A stretch of 64,000 bases of DNA from Dehalococcoidia bacterium (GTDB lineage Bacteria; Chloroflexota; Dehalococcoidia; UBA6926). The notes below the pieces were generated by a model. It saw nothing but the letters and a program-made list of their open reading frames with translations, was not told where the DNA came from and did not search any database. Position numbers and translations under genes: made by a program. Shown here piece after piece: positions 23,201 to 31,082 of this stretch (positions are counted from its first letter, which is position 1; every line of letters starts with the position of its first letter). The stretch is taken from NCBI GenBank assembly GCA_963666115.2, contig CAXXET010000001.1, forward strand, positions 32,001 to 96,000, given 5' to 3'.

Positions 23201-24607
23201 CGTCGTGCCGGAGCGCGACAGGCTGACGGACTGGGGCGTGATGGGCGGCGAGGTTGACGTGCCCGCCGGCGCCGATTCGACCCGCAGTGTGTGGCCGTAG
23301 TCGGTTGACGCCCAGACCAGGACGGTGTAGTTCAGGCTGTCGTTGCGGTTGTTCAGGGTGATGCTCGTGCCGGTCAGGCTGTCCTCAGGCGTGAAGTTCT
23401 TCCAGCTGTCGCCGCTGTTGGAGCTGGAGACGAAGTACATCCATGCGCCGGGAACCGCCGTCCACGTCGCCGTCAGCGTCCCCGTGCCGCGCGACGTGAT
23501 GGTCACCGTTTCAGGCCCGGGCAGGGTCGCGGGCACGTGGACCGACACCTGCGTTCCCCGGCTCGCCCCGCCCGCGTTCAACGCCTGCAGGTTGAACTGG
23601 TAGGTCGTTCCGCCGGGCAGCTGGCCGATCTGGTGCGAGGTCGTTCCCGCCCCGCTCCCGCCGATCTGCGTCTGCGCTCCCCACGCGCCGCCCTGCTGCT
23701 TCTGCTGGTACTGGTACCCGTTGATAGAGTCGTCGTTCGGATTCGTCCACGTGATCGTCACGCTGCCGTTATTCTCCGTGGCCTGAACCCCGCCGGGCGG
23801 ATCCGGCGGATCGATCCGCGGCGTGGCGGAAACGTACCACGGCGCCGCCGCCGGGGCGGGCTTGCTCCCGCTTCCCAGGTTGACCGCCCGGATCTTGAAG
23901 CGGTACTCAGCCCCGTTCGCCAGCCCGGTGAGACTGTGCGACGTGGTCGTGGAATCGCTGCCGGAGACCGCCGTCCACGCCCCCCAGCCGGAGAGATTCC
24001 CCGTGCTCGTGTCATTGTGGTTCACCCGGTACTCGTACCCGGTGATCGGGACGAGGGTGACGTCGGGAGCGGCGTCCCAGGAGAGGATCACGCTTTCATC
24101 GCCCGCCGCCGCTGCCAAACCCGTGGGGCGCGCCGGCGGCTTGGGCGCGGGTGTGGAAATAGGCGTGGGTTCGGGTGTCGGCGCAGGCGTGGGTGTGGGC
24201 GCCGGCGGCTTGTACGGATCGCTGGGCGGCGAGTTGCGCCAGCCGCCCCAGCCGCCGTCGCCGCGCCCGCGAACTCCGACGAGATACGTGTTGCCGTTGT
24301 CGACGTCGAACGTGATGCTCTCAGTGGCGCCGCCGCTTGCGGGGTGGGTGAGCGCGGCAAGCTCCCAGCTCGCCCCGCCCGTCGAACTATAGGTGACGTG
24401 GTAGCTCGTCGCGCCCGCGATGGCGGACCAACTCGCAGTCAGCGTGCCGTCCGCCCGTGATGTTGAGACGGATGAGGGCGTGGCGGGCGCCTGGGACGCT
24501 GCGACTGTATCGTAAACGCCAAGCAACGCCACAGTCGCCAGGGCGACCACGAGGACGATCATGCTTACGGCGGGCTTTCGTTGCGTAAGCGGTCGTGCTC
24601 CTGCCAT
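20204..24607 (-). CDS. Giant secreted Fn3-repeat protein, paralogue 1 (1467 aa, intact)
   Basis: Hydrophobic signal peptide, Pro/Thr linker, multiple Fn3 domains, three YTYxAYSDSxC modules and an AQAFTTGSNAGGYTL domain. Confidence 0.9.
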   Translation of the reverse strand: MAGARPLTQRKPAVSMIVLVVALATVALLGVYDTVAASQAPATPSSVSTSRADGTLTASWSAIAGATSYHVTYSSTGGASWELAALTHPASGGATESITFDVDNGNTYLVGVRGRGDGGWGGWRNSPPSDPYKPPAPTPTPAPTPEPTPISTPAPKPPARPTGLAAAAGDESVILSWDAAPDVTLVPITGYEYRVNHNDTSTGNLSGWGAWTAVSGSDSTTTSHSLTGLANGAEYRFKIRAVNLGSGSKPAPAAAPWYVSATPRIDPPDPPGGVQATENNGSVTITWTNPNDDSINGYQYQQKQQGGAWGAQTQIGGSGAGTTSHQIGQLPGGTTYQFNLQALNAGGASRGTQVSVHVPATLPGPETVTITSRGTGTLTATWTAVPGAWMYFVSSSNSGDSWKNFTPEDSLTGTSITLNNRNDSLNYTVLVWASTDYGHTLRVESAPAGTSTSPPITPQSVSLSRSGTTLTATWPAVVGAANYNVDLSSDGGSTWVGQATALTTTTWTKSSIDATKSYAVRVQSKNSTGTSGWTESSVSTPAPPAPASVTLGTRTSNTLNVSWSAVSNATSYNVRTSTDSGVTWGSASSETGTTKALTVNGSSDYVVGVQAVNSAGTSGWTVSAISYAIPLPPAPANLAATRGKGSITLTWDAAAGADTYDLACSTFAGNPGMWEVCKTGLTDANRSATITQMYNKTAQRMSVIYDKRDYLFAVRGKNASGNGEWTRLTVWPAVPEQIASITATRTTTTMTLTMTAPPNNGGYTTDRIQVDCRTSSDGGTTWSGWFACSNAETQTPTPGATFNAVVNNLDNYDSALAYQARARAWSALSHAWDWRQSPTFHSIPGVPTINNYVSNILSWSQPSDTGSGSNALTYNVYCRATAAGTWSKAVDGLTVPIGQTSHLTSLLLRPNCTNATSQIAITVSNVYESDRAYWPKPSLAASAVTVTGATLTIANNHSSSWYYKADTGPDSALCQGPVTGTTKTLTGLTAGTTYTYKAYSDSTCAAANLLATASAFTTLEITLTAGSVTTNSATLTLANHSGSWYAKKTAPSGGTCSSAISTTTHNLSSLTAGTWYTYKAYSDSTCTTANEIGAVAFSTAGTVGNLAETNNSTASVGRQFSHSLDTAAQAFTTGSNAGGYTLDSITIAFHQTFGSPGDVVVTLHTADTANSLNPASSARATLTGANPASNTNGTFTCAADPTNTCDLDAGTTYFIRVSAPNATGSGNRYTLKTTSSNNETNTPSGNGWSIVNDGRSGTVLLTTTSWLSLSNVIQMLVTAAPQPGLEAGSVTGTTATLTLVGHVGDWWLKASSGTCVSGESDFSHALSSLTAGTQYTYTAYSDSACTTGKAIGSAAFATPPGVPTSVSVGNSSFTGHIRTYPVSWQKPANTQASDTFAYQLQCTDQGVRTTNIWNSCGTHNITSTANTNMSQTVSHGFAAGLFYYVRVRTVKNGVYSAWVIQKTQYGT

Positions 24608-24787
24608 GCGCGCGCTCCTTTGGTTTCCTCAATATTACACGAAAGAGGCAGAGCGGCAAGCTAATAGTCATTGTTTTTTCATTGTTCTTACAAGGCACGG
24701 AAACGGCGCGCGGCGCAAGCGGACATAGCGGACAGGGCGGGGGAGGGACAGGACGGGGAACGCGGACGAGAGCCGCGAACGCGGAAA

Positions 24788-24817
24788 CTAGTCGGTGCGG
24801 CGCTAGTCGGTGCGGCG
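24788..24817. repeat. Perfect 15-bp tandem duplication CTAGTCGGTGCGGCG covering the hflC stop
   Basis: 24788-24802 equals 24803-24817. Confidence 0.85.
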
Positions 24818-25690
24818 ATCGTCGCCGATGGGATAGACGTCCGTCAGGAACTGGTAGAAGTCCGAATCGAGCGGCACAACCAGCGTCGTGCCGTCGGTTA
24901 GTGATTTCTCATAGGCTTCGAGGGTTCTGACGAAGTTGTAGAATTCGCGGTCGATGTCGATGGCCTGGCCCTGGATCGTGATCGCCTGCGCTTCGCCCTC
25001 GCCGCGAATGGTCTGGGCGCGCTCATTGGCTTCCGCGAGAATCTGGGCGCGCTCAAGGTCGGCCTCGGCCTCGATCTTTGCCTTTTCCTCGTCACCCTCC
25101 GCGCGGAAGCGGTTGGCGATACGGGTTCGCTCCGAGCGCATCCGGTCGTAAGACGCTGGTGGCAACCTCGGGCGGGAAGTCCGCGCCCACGATCCGGACG
25201 TCCACGACGGACATGCCGAACTCGCGCGCCTTGACGTCGCTGCGCTCCGTCACGTTCCGCATGAGGGATTCGCGGTTGTCGCGGATGACCTCGATCTGGT
25301 CGTGCGTGGCCACTTTCCTCGCGGATCTCCGATGAGATGATGGCCTCCAGCCTGCGCGCGCGCCAAGCTCGGTACGGACAACCTCGAAGAACTGCCGCGC
25401 GTTGATGATGCGGTAGCGGGCATAGGAGTCGATGATCAGCGCCTTCTTCTCGGCGGTCAGGAACTCGGACGGCTCGGAGTCGAAGCGCAGGAGGCGCTTT
25501 TCAATGGTGTGCGTCGATTCGATGAAGGGCGCCTTGAGCTTCAGGCCCGGCTCCGTTGCCTCGCGCCGGTACTCGCCGAGGCGCGTGATGATGACCTGCT
25601 CCGTCTCGTCAACGACGTACAGCTCTGCGTCATGAGGATGAGGCCGGCGATGGCCGCGAAGAGGACGGCGAATCCGATGAGTCGTTCCAT
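24803..25690 (-). CDS. hflC: FtsH modulator HflC; several frameshifts
   Basis: YVVDETEQVIITRLG, PGLKLKAPF, EFGMSVVDVRI, RMRSER.RIA..FRAEG, IRGEGEA and FYNFVRTLEAY found in successive frames; directly downstream of hflK. Confidence 0.85.
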
Positions 25691-25692
25691 GC

Positions 25693-26808
25693 CTAGCCCC
25701 CCGATCCCTGTTGGTCGGTCAGCGGCAGGAACGGCAGGACGTTGGAGCCGATGTCATCATCCACCACGATGACTTCGACCCTGGGCAGGATGCGCTCCAT
25801 CATCTCAAGATAGAGGCGGTAGCGGGTTGCCTCCGGGTGGTTGCGGTACTCCCGCAGGCGCTCCAGGAACCGGCTGGCCTCGCCTGTGGCGGTGCGGACG
25901 CGCTCTACCTTAAAGGCCTCGGCGGCCTGGACGATGCGGGCGGCGTCACCGCGCGCCTTCGGAACGATGTCCTCGCGGTACGCCTCGCCCTCGTTGATGA
26001 AGCGGGCGCGGTCCTCGCGCGCGCTGATCACATCCTTGAATGACTCCTGCACTTCGTCAGGGGGCTGCACGTCCTGGAGCTGCACGTTGACCACCATCAG
26101 GCCGGTGCCGTAGTCGTCCAACAGCCGCTGGAGGAGCTGCTGCGTTTCAACCTGCACCACTTCCTTGCCCGTTGTCAGCACGTCGTCGATGGGGCGCTGC
26201 CCGACAACCTGCCTCAATGCCGAGGCAGTGGCGTCACGCAGCGTGAATCCGTCGGGGCGTCCGCTCTCGGACGGGTCTTTGACGTTGAAGAGGAACGCGC
26301 CCGCGTCGCGAATGCGGTACTGGACGACAAGCTGCACGTCCACCAGGTTCTCATCGCCGGTGATCATGCGCGACTCGGTCGGCCTCTGCACGAGGCCCTC
26401 GCCTGAGCCGATCTCGCCAACGCTCCTGAAACCCAGCTCCAGGTTCTGGACGCGCTGGATGCTCAGGACGTCCTGCCGCTCGACGGGCCAGGGAATATGC
26501 CAATGCAGCCCCTCTGTCTGCTGATCGCCGTTCCAGTTGCCGAATGTTCGGACGACGGCCACCTCGCCGGGGTTGACGATGTAGATGCCGGAGCCGAGCC
26601 AGACGAGGGCGATGACTGCCGCGATGATGCCGGCGATGCGCCCAATGGGCAGGGGAGGGCCTTGCCCCTCTCCTCCGCCGGGAGGCCGCGCGTTGCCCTG
26701 GTCGTTGCCCGATCCGCCGCGCAAGCGTCCGAAGAGCTCGCGCACGGGGCGCAGGAGCTCATCGAGCTCGCTGTCGCCCTCCCTGCGGGGTTGTCGCTGG
26801 TAACTCAT
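25693..26808 (-). CDS. hflK: FtsH modulator HflK
   Basis: One TM helix, GLHWHIPWP, MITGDENLV, VQPPDEV, PKARG and GEASRF (SPFH domain). Confidence 0.92.
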   Translation of the reverse strand: MSYQRQPRREGDSELDELLRPVRELFGRLRGGSGNDQGNARPPGGGEGQGPPLPIGRIAGIIAAVIALVWLGSGIYIVNPGEVAVVRTFGNWNGDQQTEGLHWHIPWPVERQDVLSIQRVQNLELGFRSVGEIGSGEGLVQRPTESRMITGDENLVDVQLVVQYRIRDAGAFLFNVKDPSESGRPDGFTLRDATASALRQVVGQRPIDDVLTTGKEVVQVETQQLLQRLLDDYGTGLMVVNVQLQDVQPPDEVQESFKDVISAREDRARFINEGEAYREDIVPKARGDAARIVQAAEAFKVERVRTATGEASRFLERLREYRNHPEATRYRLYLEMMERILPRVEVIVVDDDIGSNVLPFLPLTDQQGSGG

Positions 26809-28931
26809 ACAGACTCAGTATAAATGGTTTGGGCGATCATCTCCGAGAGATCAAGCACCTGCATGGTTTCGTCCTGCCCCGTCACGCGCACGCCGTCCTC
26901 AAACATCTGCGCGCAGAAGGGGCACGCGACGGCGATGGTGTCCGCGCCCGCGTCGATGGCGTGATGGGTGCGGCGGTGGTTGATCTTCTCATGGCCGGGG
27001 CCGTCCTCCATCCACATGTGCCCGCCGCCCGCCCCGCAGCAGAATGCCCGGTTGCGGTTCATCTCCATCTCCACTCTGTCAACCCCGGGTATGGCGTCCG
27101 CAACGTTGCGCGGCGCGTCATACACGCCGTTGTGCCTGCCGAGGTAGCACGGGTCGTGGTACGTGACGGTGCCGAACGTTGGGCCTTTCCGGCTCTTGTC
27201 CAGCGTCAGGCGTCCCTCCGCCACGAGGCTTTGCAGGTACTGCGTGTGGTGCATCACCTGATAGTTGCCGCCGAACTGCGGGTATTCGTTTGCGAGGGTG
27301 TTGAAGCAGTGCGGGCAGGTAGTCACGATTGTCTTGACGCCGTAGCGGTCCAGCGTCTCGACGTTCTGCATCGCCTGGAGCTGGAACAGGTACTCCATGC
27401 CGATTCGGCGGGCGGGGTCGCCCGTGCAGGACTCCTCGTCGCCGAGAATGGCGAACTTGATTCCGGCGTTGATGAGGATGCGGCCGGTGGCGCGGGCGAT
27501 TCGCATGGAGCGGTCTTCCATGGACGCCGCGCAGCCAACCCAGTACAGGACTTCCAGTTCCTCCGGATTCTCAACCTCGGAGATGAGGGGCACGTCCAGC
27601 CCCTCCGCCCATTCCGTGCGCGCGCGGCTCATGCCGCTCCACGGGTGCCCGCGCGTTTCCAGGCTGCGCAGCGCGGCCTCCGCCGTTTCGGGCATCCGCC
27701 CTTCGTTCATCACGAGGGCGCGCCGCATCTCAACGATGGTCGGCACGTGTTCGATGAAGACGGGGCAGGCCTCCATGCACGCGCCGCACGTGACGCACGA
27801 CCACAGGTCTTCCTCGTCCACAACCTCCCCGGCCGGGGCCATGACCAGGCGCTCCTCCACCCTGGACTCGTCGCCGCCCGCCTTGTAGAGCGCATTGCCG
27901 TAGGAGCCGACGTAGCTCTTGAGGTCCTGGATGACCATCATCGGCGAGAGGGTCTTGCCGGTGATGTTGGCAGGGCAGTTGTCCGTGCAGCGGCTGCACC
28001 GCGTGCAGGCGTCGCCGTCCATGAGCTGCTTCCACGTGAAGTCCGTCAGCGTCGCCGCGCCGAACGTCTCGCGCGTTTCAAGGTTGGGGATGGCCTGGAG
28101 CTTGCCGCGCGGCTCAAGGTTGCGGAAGAACCAGTTGGCCGGGGAAATCCACGTGTGGCTGAACTTGGAAAGCGTGGCGGCGGCGTAGAGCAGGGCGCCG
28201 AGCACCGTCGCGGAGTGGAACCACCACATGCCGCGGTAGATCGTCTCCGCCGTATCGGCTCGCACGCCAAGAACCTCGTAGAAGAACGCGGCAAACGCAA
28301 AACCGCCGGGCGACCAGATCGCCCAGTCCGGGTGGTCGAGATACTCGATGCCGAACTTGGTGTCGCCAAGCTGCCGCAGGCCCTCCAGCGCGAACCCCTG
28401 GAAGATCAGGATGATGGCGAGCGTGAGGATGATCTTGTCGTCCAGCAGCCCCGGCGAGTGCGGCTTGCCGATGGCTGAGCGCCGGAAGATGGCCATGGTG
28501 AGCCCGGCGAGCGCCATGAGCCCGCCCAGGTCCCACGCGAGAGACGAGTAGAGATACCAGTTGCCGATGGGCCACTCCAACACGCCCCGGTGTTTGAGCG
28601 GGTAGAGGAACTCTTCTTCGATGGTGCCGACGGTGGTGCCGAGGAAGAGCATGGACGCGCCCCAGAAGATGAGCAGGTGCATGAGGCCGCCGTAGCGGTC
28701 CCGCATGAACTTCTCATGGCCGTAGCCCTGCGTGACGAGGAGGCGGGTAAAGGCGATGCCGCGCGTTATGGGGTTGCCGAGGCGGTCTGCGGGCTGGCCG
28801 AGCTTCCAGAGCTGGGCGCGCTCATACAGCCGGTAGAAGATGTACGCGACCGTCAGGCCGGCAAGCGCGAAGAGTATCCACTTGAGGTCGCCTATCGTCC
28901 ACAGAAATTCCTTCTCCGGAACCACTGTCAC
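26805..28931 (-). CDS. Membrane Fe-S oxidoreductase (FadF/EtfD/HdrD-related; NarI-like membrane domain, 2x[4Fe-4S], two CCG domains)
   Basis: N-terminal TM helices with His residues, CTRCSRC...CP, CVTCGAC...CP, YWVGC, YHDPCYLGR and CCGAGGG; divergent from etfBA. Confidence 0.88.
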   Translation of the reverse strand: MTVVPEKEFLWTIGDLKWILFALAGLTVAYIFYRLYERAQLWKLGQPADRLGNPITRGIAFTRLLVTQGYGHEKFMRDRYGGLMHLLIFWGASMLFLGTTVGTIEEEFLYPLKHRGVLEWPIGNWYLYSSLAWDLGGLMALAGLTMAIFRRSAIGKPHSPGLLDDKIILTLAIILIFQGFALEGLRQLGDTKFGIEYLDHPDWAIWSPGGFAFAAFFYEVLGVRADTAETIYRGMWWFHSATVLGALLYAAATLSKFSHTWISPANWFFRNLEPRGKLQAIPNLETRETFGAATLTDFTWKQLMDGDACTRCSRCTDNCPANITGKTLSPMMVIQDLKSYVGSYGNALYKAGGDESRVEERLVMAPAGEVVDEEDLWSCVTCGACMEACPVFIEHVPTIVEMRRALVMNEGRMPETAEAALRSLETRGHPWSGMSRARTEWAEGLDVPLISEVENPEELEVLYWVGCAASMEDRSMRIARATGRILINAGIKFAILGDEESCTGDPARRIGMEYLFQLQAMQNVETLDRYGVKTIVTTCPHCFNTLANEYPQFGGNYQVMHHTQYLQSLVAEGRLTLDKSRKGPTFGTVTYHDPCYLGRHNGVYDAPRNVADAIPGVDRVEMEMNRNRAFCCGAGGGHMWMEDGPGHEKINHRRTHHAIDAGADTIAVACPFCAQMFEDGVRVTGQDETMQVLDLSEMIAQTIYTESV

Positions 28932-29048
28932 GCCCCTCCCGCCCAGTTTTCGGCTGCTCCAAACGCCGTTCGGGGCAGTATAGCACGGGGCAGGGGAAAC
29001 CCGCGCCCAAAACCGCCGTCCGCGCCGCGCCCGCGCCGTTTGTGCAAT

Positions 29049-29078
29049 TTGACACTATTCGGCGCGGAATGCTATACA
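29049..29078 (+). promoter_or_regulatory. Candidate sigma70 promoter for etfBA
   Basis: TTGACA-18 nt-TATACA with a TGn extension. Confidence 0.45.
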
Positions 29079-29136
29079 GATAGTGCCCCCAGACGCGGGG
29101 GCGTTTCCTTGTAAGACGGGTTTTTTGGGGGTATGA

Positions 29137-29928
29137 ATGCGCATCATCGTTACCGTTAAACAGGTGCCCGATCCGGAGGCGCCGCAAAGCTCTTTCACGG
29201 CGGACCGGGCGGCCAAGCGAGTGGCCGTCGCGTCCAGCGTTCCCGCAGCCGTGAGCGACTACGACAACTATGCCGCGGAAGCGGCGCTCCGCATTAAGGA
29301 CGCAGGCGGCGACACGACCGTCAGCGTCGTCAGCCTCGGCGAGAGCCACGTCCTTGACGTCATCAAGCGGCCCCTGGCGATGGGCGCCGATGACCTCTTC
29401 CTCGTGCAAGACCCCGACCTGCCAAACGGCGATCCCGTAACGGTCGCCGCCGCGCTGGCAGCGGCGATTCGCAAGATCAGCGATTTCGACCTGATCCTGT
29501 CCGGCAGGCAGTCATCCGACCTCGACCAGGGAATCGTCGCGACAGCCCTCGCCGCCATCCTGGACATTCCCGTCCTCACAAACGCCATCGCCGTTGAGGT
29601 CAGCGGAGACGAAGTGCAGATCGACCGCATCGTGGATGACGGCATCGACACGGTGGCCGCGCGGCTGCCCGCATTGGTGACCGTCTCAAACGAACTCGGC
29701 CAGCCGCGCTACGCGACGATGCGCGGCATCATGGCAGCGCGGCGCGTGGACCCAACGGTGTGGGGCAAGGGAGACCTCGACGCGATGGACGCGGCGGATC
29801 CGTTCACGGAGGTCGTTGATCTGTTCGCCCCCGAGAAATCGTCCAACGTCGAAATGATCGAGGGCGAGACGCCGGCAGAGGCGGCGAAGGCGTTGGCCCT
29901 GCGGCTGCGCGAAGAGCGCCTTATCTAG
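29137..29928 (+). CDS. etfB: Electron transfer flavoprotein beta subunit
   Basis: VKQVPD, LAMGAD, GRQSSD and PRYATMRGIM. Confidence 0.93.
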   Translation: MRIIVTVKQVPDPEAPQSSFTADRAAKRVAVASSVPAAVSDYDNYAAEAALRIKDAGGDTTVSVVSLGESHVLDVIKRPLAMGADDLFLVQDPDLPNGDPVTVAAALAAAIRKISDFDLILSGRQSSDLDQGIVATALAAILDIPVLTNAIAVEVSGDEVQIDRIVDDGIDTVAARLPALVTVSNELGQPRYATMRGIMAARRVDPTVWGKGDLDAMDAADPFTEVVDLFAPEKSSNVEMIEGETPAEAAKALALRLREERLI

Positions 29929-29999
29929 GCCTTAAACGGCCTTATCTGGCCTTAGCGAAGCCTACATTGTGAATTAAGTAGCGAGGAGGTAGATACGAA

Positions 30000-30998
30000 A
30001 TGGCCGGTGAAAACGGCATCCTGATAGTAGCTGAGACCGGAGCCGACGGCTCCCTGGGCAGCATCACAAACGAGTTGATGTCCGCCGCCAACAGCTTGTC
30101 CGCAGATTTGGGCGAGCCTGTTTCGGCAGCGCTGATTGGCAACGGAATCGGCGCCCGCGCGCAGGACATCATCGACCTGGGCGCGGACACCGTGTACCTG
30201 GTGGACGGCGACCAGTTCGCCAGCTACCTGAACGAGACGTACACCCCGGCGGTTATCGCCATTGCCCAGCAGGCAAACCCGCGCATCATTTTGATTGGCC
30301 ACACGCCAAACGGACGCGACCTTGGACCGTACCTGGCAGTGCGCCTCCAGACCGGCATCGCCTCCGACACGTCCGGCCTGAGCATTGCGGACGGGCAGCT
30401 GCAGGCGGCGCGGTCCGTGGCGGGCGGCCTGTTCCGGCAGGTTGTCTCCTTCCCGAAGATGCCTGCAATCGCGACGGTTCACATGAAGGCGTATGACGGC
30501 GCGGAACCGCAGAGCGGCCGCTCCGGCAACGTGGTGAACGTGGACGTCGGGCTGGACGCCTCATCCGTGCGCTCCCGTTTCGTCAAGCACGAGGACGCGC
30601 AGGTTGAGGGAATCCGCATGGAGGACGCGGCGATCGTCGTGACCGGCGGGCGCGGCATGGGTGACGAGGCGGGCTTCAACGAGTTGTACAAGCTCCAGGA
30701 CCTGCTGCCGCAGTCCGCAGTTGGCGCGACGCGCGCGGCGACGGACTCCGGCTTCTGCGACCAGGACCTGATGATCGGCATCACGGGGCGGGTTGTCTCG
30801 CCGGACGTGTACTTTGCCATTGCGCTGTCCGGCGCAAGCCAGCACATGGCGGGCTGCTCCGGCTCGAAGAACATCGTGGCGATCAACCGCGACCCGGAGG
30901 CCAACATCTTCAGCGAGTCGCGCTTTGGCGTCGTCGGCGACTACAAGCAGGTGCTGCCGGCGCTCATCGAAGAAGTCCAGAAGTTGATGCAAGGCTAG
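30000..30998 (+). CDS. etfA: Electron transfer flavoprotein alpha subunit
   Basis: VTGGRGMG, VGATRAA, ALSGASQH and AINRDPEANIF. Confidence 0.93.
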   Translation: MAGENGILIVAETGADGSLGSITNELMSAANSLSADLGEPVSAALIGNGIGARAQDIIDLGADTVYLVDGDQFASYLNETYTPAVIAIAQQANPRIILIGHTPNGRDLGPYLAVRLQTGIASDTSGLSIADGQLQAARSVAGGLFRQVVSFPKMPAIATVHMKAYDGAEPQSGRSGNVVNVDVGLDASSVRSRFVKHEDAQVEGIRMEDAAIVVTGGRGMGDEAGFNELYKLQDLLPQSAVGATRAATDSGFCDQDLMIGITGRVVSPDVYFAIALSGASQHMAGCSGSKNIVAINRDPEANIFSESRFGVVGDYKQVLPALIEEVQKLMQG

Positions 30999-31028
30999 CG
31001 TCTGGCAGTCTTCGCAAGAAGCAGACAA

Positions 31029-31060
31029 ACGTAGGGGCGGTTCGCGAACCGCCCCTACGT
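31029..31060. repeat. Perfect 32-bp GTAG-type REP palindrome between convergent etfA and the fusA-like gene
   Basis: ACGTAGGGGCGGTTCG-CGAACCGCCCCTACGT. Confidence 0.85.
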
Positions 31061-31082
31061 CCGTTTTGTCGGCAGGTTGCCG

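Noticed and set aside
11187-24607. Near-identical Fn3 blocks as DGR template and variable repeats
   Set aside because: No reverse transcriptase in the window, both copies are coding, and the differences are not evidently confined to adenines.
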